A program made the translations under genes and the position numbers. 31,841 bases of DNA from a virus (taxonomy: Duplodnaviria > Heunggongvirae > Uroviricota > Caudoviricetes). The notes beneath the pieces were generated by a model. It was not told the origin of the DNA and did not search any database. It worked only from the letters and a program-made list of their open reading frames with translations. The DNA lies in IMG/VR virus record IMGVR_UViG_2558860161_000007, positions 1-31,841 of that record, one strand, 5' to 3'. Of the stretch, positions 1 through 9,431 are shown one piece after another (the stretch's first letter is position 1; every line of letters begins with the position of its first letter).

Positions 1-1053
1 ACCAAGGTATGTGAGAAGACCAGCTACATCCTTTCCACTCAAATTGGTAAGCGTATTGTCCAGCGGTTGTTTACCTGCCAGCGCATTAAGCATTGTCGTG
101 GCAAAGTTCGGGTCATTCCCCAGTGCCGCCGCCAGTTCGTTCAGTGTATCCAGTGCAGCAGGTGCAGAACCCACCATTCCTGCAATCGCCGATTTCACAA
201 AAGCCGTAGTGGCAATCTGTGTATTGTTGACCGACTGCGCCGCCGTGGGGGCTGTTGGCGTTCCGGTGAGTGCCGGACTCGACAACGGTGCTTTTAGTGC
301 CAGCGCATTGTTAATGGTGGTACTGAAATTCGGATCATTGTTAATGGCTGCGGCTATTTCTTTCAGCGTGTCCAGCGTGGCTGGCGCACCATTAATAAGG
401 GCCGTCAGTGCCGCCTGTACAAACGCAGTGGTCGCAACCTGCGTGGTATTATTCCCCGCCGCTGGCGTTGGCGCTTTGGGGGTTCCGGTAAATGTCGGGC
501 TGGCTTTTGGCGCGTACTGTGAATGCGGGTCCGGTGCGGCAAGATGTTTTGCCATCTGATCATCCGCGTACACCTTCAGCTCCAGTGCCTTGTCATCCAC
601 ATACTTGCGGGTTGCCAGCACTACAGCAGGGTCGATTTTCAGGGTGATATTGTCCGTGCTGCTGGTAATCAGCACCATGCGCACGGTCTGAGTGCGCCCG
701 CTACCTTCAGCCAGTTGCGGCTTATAGCTTTCCGGGCAGTTGCCCACGGCAATCAATGCCCCGGACTCATCAAACAAGCCCACTTCACGTATCCACCAAC
801 CGCCCTCGTTTTCAGGGATCACCTGTTCGGCAATAATCTGGCTGCTGTTCTGCGGGTCGATATAAAGCATATTCAGCGCAGCCCGGCGTTTCTCATTTAC
901 CAGTGCCGTCTGCTTTGCGTCCGGCGTTGGCAATACTCCACTGCCATCGCCCACCGCCATATGGGTAATTTTTAGCGGCACACCGAGCGCGGCGGCGCTG
1001 GCAAGTTTCGCCGCGCCAATATCCGTCAGCAGGGTATAAAATTTTGTGCTCAT
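1..1053 (-). CDS. H: Tail fibre protein (P2 gpH-like), N-terminal part; 3' end lies beyond the window start
   Basis: Reverse translation from an ATG at ~1053 begins MSTKFYTLLTDIGAAKLA..., resembling the conserved N-terminus of P2-family tail fibre H. The ORF runs off the window edge, and the ATG overlaps the gpI stop. The listed + strand ORF 11..559 is its antisense. Confidence 0.75.
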   Translation of the reverse strand, partial: MSTKFYTLLTDIGAAKLASAAALGVPLKITHMAVGDGSGVLPTPDAKQTALVNEKRRAALNMLYIDPQNSSQIIAEQVIPENEGGWWIREVGLFDESGALIAVGNCPESYKPQLAEGSGRTQTVRMVLITSSTDNITLKIDPAVVLATRKYVDDKALELKVYADDQMAKHLAAPDPHSQYAPKASPTFTGTPKAPTPAAGNNTTQVATTAFVQAALTALINGAPATLDTLKEIAAAINNDPNFSTTINNALALKAPLSSPALTGTPTAPTAAQSVNNTQIATTAFVKSAIAGMVGSAPAALDTLNELAAALGNDPNFATTMLNALAGKQPLDNTLTNLSGKDVAGLLTYLG

Positions 1054-1655
1054 GGATTCACTCTCATTGTGTCAATAACATGGACCGCCCCGCCTTCATG
1101 CGCGGTGCCACCGGAAATAATCGTTTCGTTGATATACGGATAGATCGTGATTTCTTCGCCAAGATAGCTGGCGGCTCCCACCCAATGCGGGCCGCTGGTC
1201 TGCAGATTGATGGACATGCCGATCATGTGGCGGCTACATGGTTTGGCATCGCTTATCAGTCGCTCAAGTTCCAGATAGGTATCTTCAGTGATGCCCTGGT
1301 CCTGCACGCCGATATCCAGGCGAAACGTGCCCGGTGCCTCTCCGGTCTGCCACCACTCAATAATGCGGATCAGAAAGCCGAACGGCTCCACCACCCGCCG
1401 CACGGCACTGGTGGTCCCTTTATGCTGATGAATATAAAAAGCATCCTTCACCACCTGGCGCTTGACGCTTTCTGTCCAGCCCTCGTCCCAGCGATCCACA
1501 GAGAACGCCCAGGCGAGATAAGGCAGGAAACTGACCGGACAGGTTGCCGGATTCCACAAGTCACGAAGCGGCACCTGCAGATCAGAAATCCCGCTGCAGG
1601 TTTGCGCCAGTCGGCGCTCCAGTGAAGTTGAACCCGGTGGCAGCAGACTATTCAT
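1050..1655 (-). CDS. I: Baseplate assembly protein I (P2 gpI-like)
   Basis: 201-aa ORF; DLWNP..C and LAWAFSVDRWDE motifs and overall resemblance to P2 gpI; position between J and H. Confidence 0.85.
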   Translation of the reverse strand: MNSLLPPGSTSLERRLAQTCSGISDLQVPLRDLWNPATCPVSFLPYLAWAFSVDRWDEGWTESVKRQVVKDAFYIHQHKGTTSAVRRVVEPFGFLIRIIEWWQTGEAPGTFRLDIGVQDQGITEDTYLELERLISDAKPCSRHMIGMSINLQTSGPHWVGAASYLGEEITIYPYINETIISGGTAHEGGAVHVIDTMRVNP

Positions 1656-2556
1656 CCGTTCCTCCGTTGGTTACGCTCCACTGCGTACATGATGCGGCCT
1701 GTGTTTTGTTCAGGACCACATCCGCCAGCGGTGAAGCCAGCTCCACACGTTGAACCCCCTCAACATGCAGCGCGGCAAAAATGGCACTACGGCGAATATC
1801 CCGACCAAGCCGCGTCTGACTGGCGATGTACTTCTGCAGGCTGGCTTTTGCCGCTGCCATTACCGGCTCCGCTTCCGGTCCCGGATAGAGAAAAATGGTG
1901 GCTTCCACACGGTACGGGATGATTTCTGCACTGCGAACCGTCAGACGGTCAGCCACCGGGCGGACGTTCTCACTGTTCAGGGCTTTTTCCACCACATCCA
2001 GCAGGTCTTTTTCTGCTGTTCCGTCGCCTTCGCGGCTAAGGACTGTCAGCACCACCTCTGCAGGTGCCGGACTGGTTGCACTGGCATCCGCCACCCGACC
2101 GTCGGCGCTTCGGGCATGAAATTCATAAGCTGCAGTTGGCCCCGCAACTGAAAGCCCCTCAAAGGCTGCAGGCACACGCAGGCGTAACGCTTCATCGCTT
2201 TCCATCACAGCTGCAACGGGCGGCACAGCGTCATCATCAGCAGGCGTCACCGTCAGGCGTTTCACGTTGTAGTTGGCAGCGAGCTGGTCCAGATCGCCGC
2301 CCATCGCGTAAGCCACCATCACCGCCTGCGCGGCTTCGTTAATGCGCTGGCGCAGAAGCAACTCACGGTAAGCGTTCTCCTGCAGCAATTTGGTGACGGG
2401 TTCAGATTCCAGTTCCAGCGTGCGGATCACAGCCTCCTGCTCATCTTTCGGATGAAGCGCCACAAATTCTGCCTTGCGTTCGGCAAGCAGCGTCTCAAAG
2501 TCCGGCACATCCACAATCTGCGGCGCAGGCAACTGCGAAAGGTCAATCACTGCCAT
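1648..2556 (-). CDS. J: Baseplate assembly protein J (P2 gpJ-like)
   Basis: ORF 1648..2595; the homology-consistent start is the internal Met (MAVIDLSQLPAP...) at ~2556; strong resemblance to P2 gpJ along its length. Confidence 0.85.
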   Translation of the reverse strand: MAVIDLSQLPAPQIVDVPDFETLLAERKAEFVALHPKDEQEAVIRTLELESEPVTKLLQENAYRELLLRQRINEAAQAVMVAYAMGGDLDQLAANYNVKRLTVTPADDDAVPPVAAVMESDEALRLRVPAAFEGLSVAGPTAAYEFHARSADGRVADASATSPAPAEVVLTVLSREGDGTAEKDLLDVVEKALNSENVRPVADRLTVRSAEIIPYRVEATIFLYPGPEAEPVMAAAKASLQKYIASQTRLGRDIRRSAIFAALHVEGVQRVELASPLADVVLNKTQAASCTQWSVTNGGTDE

Positions 2557-2902
2557 TCTCTGCTCCTGTTGATACGGAAAGGGACACAGGCACACCGTTA
2601 TTCCGCCGCCCGGTCAGCTCCACCACCATTGAACCGTCAAAATTGCTGTTGATGGTGATGGAATCCAGCGTCAGCCGTGGCTCCCAGCGACTCAGTGCCA
2701 CATACACAGCCGACATGACCTGCAGGCGTAACGCCGGATTTTGTGGCTGATCTATTAAAGCCGACAGCAGGGAACCATATTCCCGGCGGGCAATGCGGCT
2801 ACCCTGCGGTGTCAGCAGAATGTCCCGCACCGACTGGCGCAGATGGTCAATATCAGTAATAGCTTTACCGCTGGTATTGTTCATCCCGCTATAAAGCGTC
2901 AT
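2543..2902 (-). CDS. W: Baseplate wedge protein W (gp25/GPW family)
   Basis: 119-aa ORF between V and J; size, synteny and sequence typical of P2 gpW. Confidence 0.8.
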   Translation of the reverse strand: MTLYSGMNNTSGKAITDIDHLRQSVRDILLTPQGSRIARREYGSLLSALIDQPQNPALRLQVMSAVYVALSRWEPRLTLDSITINSNFDGSMVVELTGRRNNGVPVSLSVSTGAENGSD

Positions 2903-3477
2903 ACCGGACCTCCGGTGGTATCGCCGCCTTTCAGGACGCCAGTATGCTGATGCGCATCAACCACGATCCCGTTAGAACTCATCGCTCCGCCGCCCTGGGT
3001 AACGCCACCATTGATCACCACTTCGCTGTTAATGCGCGTGCGGTCAGCCTCCAGTACAAACTCACTGGTTTTCATGGTGATGTTGTCAGCGGCCTCAATG
3101 ACCATTGATTTGATGCCCCTGACATACCAGCGCCCACTGGCGGGTTCGTATTCAAACCAGCCACCGTCAGGATGTTCTGTCACGCAGGCGTCCGCCGACG
3201 TCGACGGTGGTGCGAACTGATTCGAATAGACAGCGGGCAGCGCAAAGGCCGTCTCCAGATTGCCGCCCAGACTCAGCAGCACCACCTGCTCACCTTCCGA
3301 TGGTCGCCACCATGTGCGGGCATTACCCGCGCGCAGCGTCAGCCAGTTAATCCAGTTGGTTTCAAGGTCGCCCGTTTTCACCCGGCAAAGCCAGTTTTCC
3401 CGGTCCACTTCGGTGACTACACCAGTGCGGATCAGGTTGGTGATAAGGCGCATGATTTCGGTTAATTGTGCGTTCAT
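2899..3477 (-). CDS. V: Baseplate spike/assembly protein V (P2 gpV-like)
   Basis: 192-aa ORF; N-terminal region (TGVV..V....CRV.TG) and C-terminal glycine-rich end resemble P2 gpV; first gene of the V-W-J-I-H block. Confidence 0.85.
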   Translation of the reverse strand: MNAQLTEIMRLITNLIRTGVVTEVDRENWLCRVKTGDLETNWINWLTLRAGNARTWWRPSEGEQVVLLSLGGNLETAFALPAVYSNQFAPPSTSADACVTEHPDGGWFEYEPASGRWYVRGIKSMVIEAADNITMKTSEFVLEADRTRINSEVVINGGVTQGGGAMSSNGIVVDAHQHTGVLKGGDTTGGPV

Positions 3478-3523
3478 AGGGAAAGGTTGCCATCAGGGGA
3501 AGAAAGGCGGCAGTGCTGCAACT

Positions 3524-3541
3524 TGTATCAGTGCTGATACA
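3524..3541. promoter_or_regulatory. TGT-N12-ACA dyad (candidate Ogr/Delta-type late-promoter activator site) upstream of gene V
   Basis: Sequence tgtatcagtgctgataca read directly, ~55 bp upstream of the V start codon. P2-family late promoters carry a TGT-N12-ACA element near -55. Confidence 0.4.
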
Positions 3542-3545
3542 AAGA

Positions 3546-3992
3546 TCATCCCGCCAGCCATTGCAGAATCATGTCGCGGGTCATTGCCTCAACATCATCA
3601 TTTACACCCAGCAGGCGGCGCTCTGCGTAACGGACCTCCGGTCCTTTGCGACTGACGCGATCACGCAGGCCGTAATGGTGAACACGGGCAATACGCTGCA
3701 CCTTGCCTTCAAACTGTACGCTGGCAGAGTCGGCGCTGGCGGCAGTTTTCAGGTATTTTGTGGTGCGCAACTTTGCAAACATCTGACGTTTGATGCGGCC
3801 TTTCTTGCTGCGTGCTGTTACCCTGCGCGGTTCATAACTGCTGCCATCTGGATTGCGCTGCATCCTGATATTCTGCTGCTGTGTCCGGCGCAGTTCCTGC
3901 GCCAGCTGGCGCATCATGCGGCTTCTCGTGGCTGGTTCCAGATTCGCCAGCAAGGCACTCAGCCAGTCGTCCACCTTCTGCAGTTCAGCCAC
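3546..3992 (-). CDS. S: Tail completion protein S (P2 gpS-like)
   Basis: 148-aa ORF; size and position after R and before V; resemblance to P2 S. Confidence 0.75.
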   Translation of the reverse strand: MAELQKVDDWLSALLANLEPATRSRMMRQLAQELRRTQQQNIRMQRNPDGSSYEPRRVTARSKKGRIKRQMFAKLRTTKYLKTAASADSASVQFEGKVQRIARVHHYGLRDRVSRKGPEVRYAERRLLGVNDDVEAMTRDMILQWLAG

Positions 3993-4437
3993 GTTTCACC
4001 GTCCACATTTCTTCAGGTGCATCAGGTTCCGCTATAGCTTCAACGCTCGACACACTGCCGTCAGTGCTGACCAGCACACGTTCCGTCAGTTGCAGGTTCA
4101 GGCTGATATCACAGACATCGTTGCGCAGAATATCCACCTCAAAGGTGAATAGCTTTTCCCGTAACGCCGGGTTATTGATGGCATCGGGCTGGTTATCCCT
4201 CAGCCACAGCAAAACCGGGGCCATCAGCAGATTCTGGTCGCCGCTGAAATCCTCAATCACCGCGTTCAGTGTGTAACGGTACTCCCACGACATGGAGCTG
4301 GCCCCCGTGGCAACCAGCGAACCGTTATCCACAAACAGATGCAGTTTGTCCGGGTTATTGCGGACATAAGGCACCGCTTTATTGAGGGCGTGGCGCAGGG
4401 ATTGTGGTTTGTTCACTGTTTCGCTCCTGACACGCAA
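3985..4437 (-). CDS. R: Tail completion protein R (P2 gpR-like)
   Basis: 150-aa ORF with conserved FVDNGS and YTLN..I.DF.GD segments as in P2 R. Confidence 0.75.
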   Translation of the reverse strand: MRVRSETVNKPQSLRHALNKAVPYVRNNPDKLHLFVDNGSLVATGASSMSWEYRYTLNAVIEDFSGDQNLLMAPVLLWLRDNQPDAINNPALREKLFTFEVDILRNDVCDISLNLQLTERVLVSTDGSVSSVEAIAEPDAPEEMWTVKRG

Positions 4438-4669
4438 TAATCATGTCCACTTTGTCTGCACAGACCGCCCAGGCGGCCTCCGTTTCATCCAGCAACGCGT
4501 TCAGGCCACCGTTAGTGCGCGGCGCTGCCTGTCCCAGCCGACACGGCGTCACTCGCGGACAACCACTGACGGTAAGCTGCACCTCCGGTGAGTGTGGGGC
4601 GTTCCCGCAGCCGGATAATGTCAGCAGGCAAAGGTGTATCAGCCCAGCGGCGTAAATCCTCGTTCTCAC
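4379..4669 (-). CDS. lysC: LysC-like outer-membrane lipoprotein spanin (Rz1-type), starting inside lysB in another frame
   Basis: 96-aa ORF with signal peptide plus lipobox (LLTLSGC) and a Pro-rich C-terminus; it starts within lysB and runs into R, as in P2. Confidence 0.6.
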   Translation of the reverse strand: MRTRIYAAGLIHLCLLTLSGCGNAPHSPEVQLTVSGCPRVTPCRLGQAAPRTNGGLNALLDETEAAWAVCADKVDMIIACQERNSEQTTIPAPRPQ

Positions 4670-4940
4670 GTTTCAGTTCCTCAATCCGGTGTTGTCGTTG
4701 TCTCAGCAGTACACTGGTCTGTTCTGCTTCGGCATAGAGCCGCGCCTGCTCCCGGTTATTGGTTTCAGTCAGAATGGACAGGCTGATAAGCTGGCTGTTG
4801 CTCTTTGCCAGTGCCTGGCTTTTGCTCTGCAGCTCGTCTGCCTGCGTGCTGATGGTCTGGCTGGCATCAGCCAGCCGCCACGTCTGCCAGCCCAGCGCCG
4901 CCAGTAATAACGCCAGCACAACCAGCAGCAACCGGTTCAT
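4512..4940 (-). CDS. lysB: LysB-like inner-membrane spanin (Rz-type)
   Basis: 142-aa ORF; N-terminal transmembrane helix (LLLVVLALLLAALGW) followed by a charged coiled-coil region; located after lysA. Confidence 0.7.
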   Translation of the reverse strand: MNRLLLVVLALLLAALGWQTWRLADASQTISTQADELQSKSQALAKSNSQLISLSILTETNNREQARLYAEAEQTSVLLRQRQHRIEELKRENEDLRRWADTPLPADIIRLRERPTLTGGAAYRQWLSASDAVSAGTGSAAH

Positions 4941-5314
4941 GCTGATACCTGTTGCGCCATCTGATTACGGGTGATCCAGAAGGCAATAACGGTCAGTAGA
5001 TAAAAGACCAGGGTAATAGCCCACCCCGTCCAGGCGAGACTTACGACAATCAGCAATCGCATCACCCAGCTGATAAATACGTTTTCTTTTCGGGTAATTG
5101 TCTTCAGCAAAAATGCCCTCAACTCCTGCCAGAGCGGGCCATTCTTAATTAACGCAGCCAGTGCTACCGGAATTACCGCCCATATCAGTAAACAGGCTAC
5201 CCAAACGCCGGACGCTGCCAGTACCGGAAAAATCCCCTGGGGATACACCATTGCTGCGATTAACAGCGCCATCCATAACATCAGAAACAGCCCGCTGATT
5301 AATTTCTTTTTCAT
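4937..5314 (-). CDS. lysA: LysA-like multi-pass membrane protein (lysis timing)
   Basis: ORF 4937..5386; likely start is MKKKLISG at ~5314, directly after the endolysin stop; several hydrophobic helices. Confidence 0.6.
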   Translation of the reverse strand: MKKKLISGLFLMLWMALLIAAMVYPQGIFPVLAASGVWVACLLIWAVIPVALAALIKNGPLWQELRAFLLKTITRKENVFISWVMRLLIVVSLAWTGWAITLVFYLLTVIAFWITRNQMAQQVSA

Positions 5315-5315
5315 T

Positions 5316-5828
5316 TCAGTTTGCTCCCTGTAAACACCAGGCCATCTCCCGCGCACGGCGGTTATCCAGCCCCTGATTAAACACACCTTTCACATAAACC
5401 CAGCGCGGCAACTGTCGGCACGCATCCGCCCAGCGCCGCTGATTGAGTAATTTCACCAGCGTGGAACTGCAGGCATTGCCCGTTCCCACGTTGAAGGCAA
5501 ACGACACCGCAGCGTCATATACCTTCTGCGGCGGCTGTTGTTTCACACACCTTTCCAGCGCCCGCTCCACACGCAGCACGTTGGAAATCAGTCCTTCTGC
5601 TGCCTGTCGTTCCGTAATGGTTTTGCCGGGAATGACGCCTGACGTGTTACCAATGCCGTCGGTCCAGACGCCCGCGCTGCACTGATACGGCTGCAGACGA
5701 CAGCCTTCGTAATCGGCAATCAGTTTCAGCCCCTCCACGGAGGTGTGAAGCTGCTGAAACCCCGGCAGCGTGGCAGCAATAGCCAGCACGGCCCCGACAA
5801 GGCAGCGTTTAACGATTGATGGATTCAT
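5316..5828 (-). CDS. K: Endolysin, phage lysozyme (T4-lysozyme/GH24-type), with a hydrophobic N-terminal segment (possible SAR anchor)
   Basis: 170-aa ORF; lysozyme-like core (YEGCRL.PY.C.AGVWT.GIGNT) and N-terminal Gly/Ala-rich hydrophobic stretch; position after the holin. Confidence 0.85.
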   Translation of the reverse strand: MNPSIVKRCLVGAVLAIAATLPGFQQLHTSVEGLKLIADYEGCRLQPYQCSAGVWTDGIGNTSGVIPGKTITERQAAEGLISNVLRVERALERCVKQQPPQKVYDAAVSFAFNVGTGNACSSTLVKLLNQRRWADACRQLPRWVYVKGVFNQGLDNRRAREMAWCLQGAN

Positions 5829-6024
5829 AGTCCTCCCGCGAGATCTGCCCGTCGCGCAGAAGCTGGTAGGCTTTGTGTTTGTAGTACCAGTTGATAGCCA
5901 GCATCAGCACACCAATCATCAGGCCGCCCAGCGTTGAGGCATCCTTGATGGACAAATCGCCCAGCCAGGCCAGCACAACGGCGATGCAGTACGTGATAAA
6001 GGCGCTGATTCGCTCAAGCGTCAT
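5809..6024 (-). CDS. Y: Holin (P2 gpY-like)
   Basis: 71-aa protein with two hydrophobic helices and a charged C-terminus, immediately upstream of the endolysin. Confidence 0.7.
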   Translation of the reverse strand: MTLERISAFITYCIAVVLAWLGDLSIKDASTLGGLMIGVLMLAINWYYKHKAYQLLRDGQISREDYESINR

Positions 6025-6027
6025 AAT

Positions 6028-6231
6028 TCAGTCCCATAGCTGGACGGTCTGCACGGTGGTGGTGGTCGGAATGTCCGGCAGCTCCACCTGCAGCCCGTGA
6101 GGTAAAAAGGGGCCATATTCGGCAAGCCCCGGATTTGCCTTCAGTACCTGCTCCGTGACACCCTGCGTGCGCCCGTAATGACGCCAGCAAAGCGCGTCCA
6201 CCGTGTCATACTGATGCGCACGCACTTTCAT
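6028..6231 (-). CDS. X: Tail protein X (P2 gpX-like)
   Basis: 67-aa ORF, the same size as P2 X; synteny between L and the holin. Confidence 0.8.
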   Translation of the reverse strand: MKVRAHQYDTVDALCWRHYGRTQGVTEQVLKANPGLAEYGPFLPHGLQVELPDIPTTTTVQTVQLWD

Positions 6232-6758
6232 CAGATAAGCTCCACTGTGCAGTGCGGCGCATCCTGCACCCGGCTGATAGCCCAGCGGGCGTCACGCCAC
6301 AAATCACCGCTGGATTCCGCCAGTTCCTCGCCTCGCTTCACACCGGATGCCGTGGCGTCATAGTCCTGGTATCGTTCGTTGAGCATGGCGCGTGCCCAGC
6401 AGTAAACCGCGTTGAAATAGTGCTGAATGCGCTCACTTTTGCCGTCCAGCTGTTCCGCCGGAACCTCAGCCAGCGACACATACCCCAGCATCTGCTGACG
6501 TCTGCGAAACTCATACAGCTCTGCGTTGACCTCCGAAATTGCCGACAGCGCAACCTGCTTTAAACGCGGCTGCGTCACCGTGCCGTCAGTGCGCATGACA
6601 CTGCGAAACTCCGACAGGTCCACATCAGGCCAGAACGGCGTATTTCTGATGATTTCCGCCTGTTCCGGTGCCTGTTCTGGCGCAACAAACTTCATGCTGC
6701 TTTCTCCTGAAATAGAGGGCGGTGGACGGGGTTTTGATGTGGCAGTGCCTTTCGCCAC
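6231..6758 (-). CDS. L: Capsid completion protein L (P2 gpL-like)
   Basis: 175-aa ORF (GTG start at 6758); an alternative ATG with a GGAGA Shine-Dalgarno lies at ~6695; conserved NAELYEF and WRD.RWA segments resemble P2 L. Confidence 0.8.
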   Translation of the reverse strand: MAKGTATSKPRPPPSISGESSMKFVAPEQAPEQAEIIRNTPFWPDVDLSEFRSVMRTDGTVTQPRLKQVALSAISEVNAELYEFRRRQQMLGYVSLAEVPAEQLDGKSERIQHYFNAVYCWARAMLNERYQDYDATASGVKRGEELAESSGDLWRDARWAISRVQDAPHCTVELI

Positions 6759-6790
6759 CCCGTGCCGCCCGTGCGCGGGGGCACGTTCTG

Positions 6791-7441
6791 TCAGCGGCTG
6801 TCATTGCGCAGTCTGCGCTCCAGCTGCTGTTTGTCTTTTTTCACGCCACAGCGGGGATCAAGCTGTAACGCATGGTTGAGATGATTAAGGGCGGAAGCCG
6901 GATTGCTTTCACTCAGGACAGCGCCAATCGCTTTATGCAGACGCGCCCGTGACTGGTCCGGCATATCCAGACCGTCTGTCAGCTCCAGCGTCTGCAACAA
7001 CAGATCGGCATCAAAGCCGGTGGCGGCAAGCATTGCGCTCTGCGCGGCGTCTGCCATTTCCTCTGCCAGCACGGTCTGCACGTTGCGGTTACCCAGCGGC
7101 ATCACCCAGCCATGACGCAGGGCATGACGCCCGATCTCCAGCGCCCCGGCATAATCTCCGGCATCAATGCGCCACAGCATCACGTACATCAGCACGTCAT
7201 CCTGTTGAGCGCCTCCGGCAGCCAGGACACCCTCTGCCCAGGCGGCGTACTTCGGCAGCAGCTCCACCTTGATTTCCGCTTTTTTGACCGTGGACTGAAC
7301 GCCCTTGAGACGGCGGCGGTCTTCCGCCAGTTGCAGCAGCATCAGGTCATAGCCCGATGCGTGGCGAACACTGCCGCCCTCGCGGGCGGCCTGTTCAGCC
7401 TGAACGCGCAGGCGATGCTGCCGTGCGGGACTCAGGCTCAT
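6791..7441 (-). CDS. M: Terminase small/endonuclease subunit M (P2 gpM-like)
   Basis: 216-aa ORF in the conserved N-M-L position; resembles P2 M. Confidence 0.85.
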   Translation of the reverse strand: MSLSPARQHRLRVQAEQAAREGGSVRHASGYDLMLLQLAEDRRRLKGVQSTVKKAEIKVELLPKYAAWAEGVLAAGGAQQDDVLMYVMLWRIDAGDYAGALEIGRHALRHGWVMPLGNRNVQTVLAEEMADAAQSAMLAATGFDADLLLQTLELTDGLDMPDQSRARLHKAIGAVLSESNPASALNHLNHALQLDPRCGVKKDKQQLERRLRNDSR

Positions 7442-7444
7442 GGA

Positions 7445-8503
7445 TTACGCTCCGGTTTCGGCTGCGGCGGCGCTGAAATCACCAATCTGGATGTTTTCCA
7501 CCAGTGCGGCGCAGCGGTAGTCCTCAACCACATAGGCTTCATTAACGGATTCAAAGTTTTCAATCCGGTCACGTTTCGGGTTGTCGATAACTGAACGGCG
7601 GCGGGTGTCTTCCTGCCAGTAGATGGACAGGTTATCCAGACGGGTGATCAGCAGCGCATTCGGCGGGAAGAACGGCGCACGCACGGCCTGCAGGCCACCC
7701 ATGCGTTTCTGGCTGATGATCATATCGGCAGCCAGTTTTTCACTGTTTTCCTGCTCTTTGTTGACCAGCGGGAAATACTTGTCAGACAACAGTTCACGAC
7801 CGCAAATCACCACCAGATCGTCATCGTCCTGGTAAACCACGTCGATAAGCTCATTGACGGCATCCATCACCACAGCGTCCAGGTTGGCATATTCGCCACC
7901 TTTCCCGACTTTCACCGCACCCGGAGTGGTTTCACCGCCCGTGGTGGTGCTGCCCATGACGTGATCCGGTGCATCCTCACGGATTTTCTGCAGCCAGCCT
8001 TTGTTCACATCCTGCAGCAGCGGGTTTTCGCTACGGTTGGAGGTTTTCGCACGCTTCACGCCGTTAAAGCCGATCATGATGCGGTCCAGTGCCTGACGTT
8101 TCACGATGGCGTCACGGATGCGCACCTGGAAATCCTGAAACTTCGCCCACAGATCCAGCTTCGCGTAGGTCAGCACCGTGTCAAAGTTGGTCTGCTCGCA
8201 TTTATATTCCACATCGACCATCAGGGTCGGATCGACGGGTTCACGCTCTTTCGCGGTGGTGTCAGTGGTTCCGGCAATGGTGCTGCCAACACCCAGCCCC
8301 AGCAGCTGACCGGACTGCTCAGTCACTGGCGTGACGTTAATCAGCGTCAGGAAAGCGGCGGACTGCTGGATCTGGTCCTCCAGCGTCTGCTGCACAGACG
8401 GCTCCACAGTGAATTTGCTGGACAGTTCTTCAACTGCCACACCGTTCAGACGCGCCAGCTGCTGCAGGTAAGCGTTAAAAGCAAAGCGGGTATTCTTCTT
8501 CAT
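7445..8503 (-). CDS. N: Major capsid protein N (P2 gpN-like)
   Basis: 352-aa ORF, size and sequence typical of P2 N. Confidence 0.9.
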   Translation of the reverse strand: MKKNTRFAFNAYLQQLARLNGVAVEELSSKFTVEPSVQQTLEDQIQQSAAFLTLINVTPVTEQSGQLLGLGVGSTIAGTTDTTAKEREPVDPTLMVDVEYKCEQTNFDTVLTYAKLDLWAKFQDFQVRIRDAIVKRQALDRIMIGFNGVKRAKTSNRSENPLLQDVNKGWLQKIREDAPDHVMGSTTTGGETTPGAVKVGKGGEYANLDAVVMDAVNELIDVVYQDDDDLVVICGRELLSDKYFPLVNKEQENSEKLAADMIISQKRMGGLQAVRAPFFPPNALLITRLDNLSIYWQEDTRRRSVIDNPKRDRIENFESVNEAYVVEDYRCAALVENIQIGDFSAAAAETGA

Positions 8504-8519
8504 CGGGTTTTGTGCTCCA

Positions 8520-9353
8520 TCAGCAATTGGTCAGAGTGTCAGCGGGGGCGTTACCGCCTGTTGCACGCTGGCGGTAGTCCTGGCGGCTGTCTACATGACT
8601 CAGCTTATTCACCAGTTCGTTAAAGGCGGTCTGCTGTGCCTGCAGGGCAGTCTCCAGCTCAGACAGACGTTCTTCCTGCTCAGACAGGGATTTTTCGGTG
8701 CGTGCGCTCAGGTTCTGCTGCTCAGTGGCGACCAGCTCCACGGCCTTATGCACATCAGAGAACCGGGCGTCATCGGACTGCTCTTTTTTGGTAAACAGCG
8801 CCGTGACGCGGGCAAACAGGGACGGTTTGTCGTCCTGGACTTCTTCCAGTTCGATCACCGTTTCCTCTGCGGCGGTAAAGAGATTGGCGGGATTCTGCTT
8901 GCGGTTTGCCAGCGGGTTATGGGCTGCACTGGCGCTGAATGTCAGCATTTCAGTGCCCAGACTGGCAGGGTCATCAGTGGCAGCCAGGCCGACCAGGTAG
9001 GCTTTGCCCGTATCAGCGAACTTCGGGCTGACTTCCATAGAGGTGAATAATTTCTGGCCTTTTTTCACCAGCTCCACCAGGGACTCCGTTGGCTCAACGT
9101 CGGCATACAGCGCCATCTTGCCTGCCAGCGGACCTTCCGTGATTTCTTCAGCAAACAGCGCCGTCACCTTGCCGTAGCGGTTAAAGGTGCTGTCCGGCAG
9201 ATAAGACTTGATGTGCTCAAGGTTAATCAGCGCGGTATACACCGCCGGGTTATAGCTGGCTGCCATCTGTTCCAGCCATTCACGCTGGATTTCGCGTCCG
9301 TCGGTGGTGGCACCTTCCACCCCGATGCGAAAACGCTTTGCTTTCACTGTCAT
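8520..9353 (-). CDS. O: Capsid scaffolding protein O (P2 gpO-like)
   Basis: 277-aa ORF; acidic coiled-coil C-terminus; first gene of the leftward late operon, divergent from P. Confidence 0.85.
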   Translation of the reverse strand: MTVKAKRFRIGVEGATTDGREIQREWLEQMAASYNPAVYTALINLEHIKSYLPDSTFNRYGKVTALFAEEITEGPLAGKMALYADVEPTESLVELVKKGQKLFTSMEVSPKFADTGKAYLVGLAATDDPASLGTEMLTFSASAAHNPLANRKQNPANLFTAAEETVIELEEVQDDKPSLFARVTALFTKKEQSDDARFSDVHKAVELVATEQQNLSARTEKSLSEQEERLSELETALQAQQTAFNELVNKLSHVDSRQDYRQRATGGNAPADTLTNC

Positions 9354-9431
9354 GAGCCGTGCTCCGTTAGAAAAAACTTACTGGAGCCTTATGGTTGCGG
9401 TGATAGGGGCAGTGAAACAATGCGCGGTATT

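Noticed and set aside
11-559. 182-aa + strand ORF (Ala/Ser/Val-rich)
   Set aside because: Antisense to the tail fibre H gene on the - strand, which has clear P2 gpH-like translation; low-complexity artefact.
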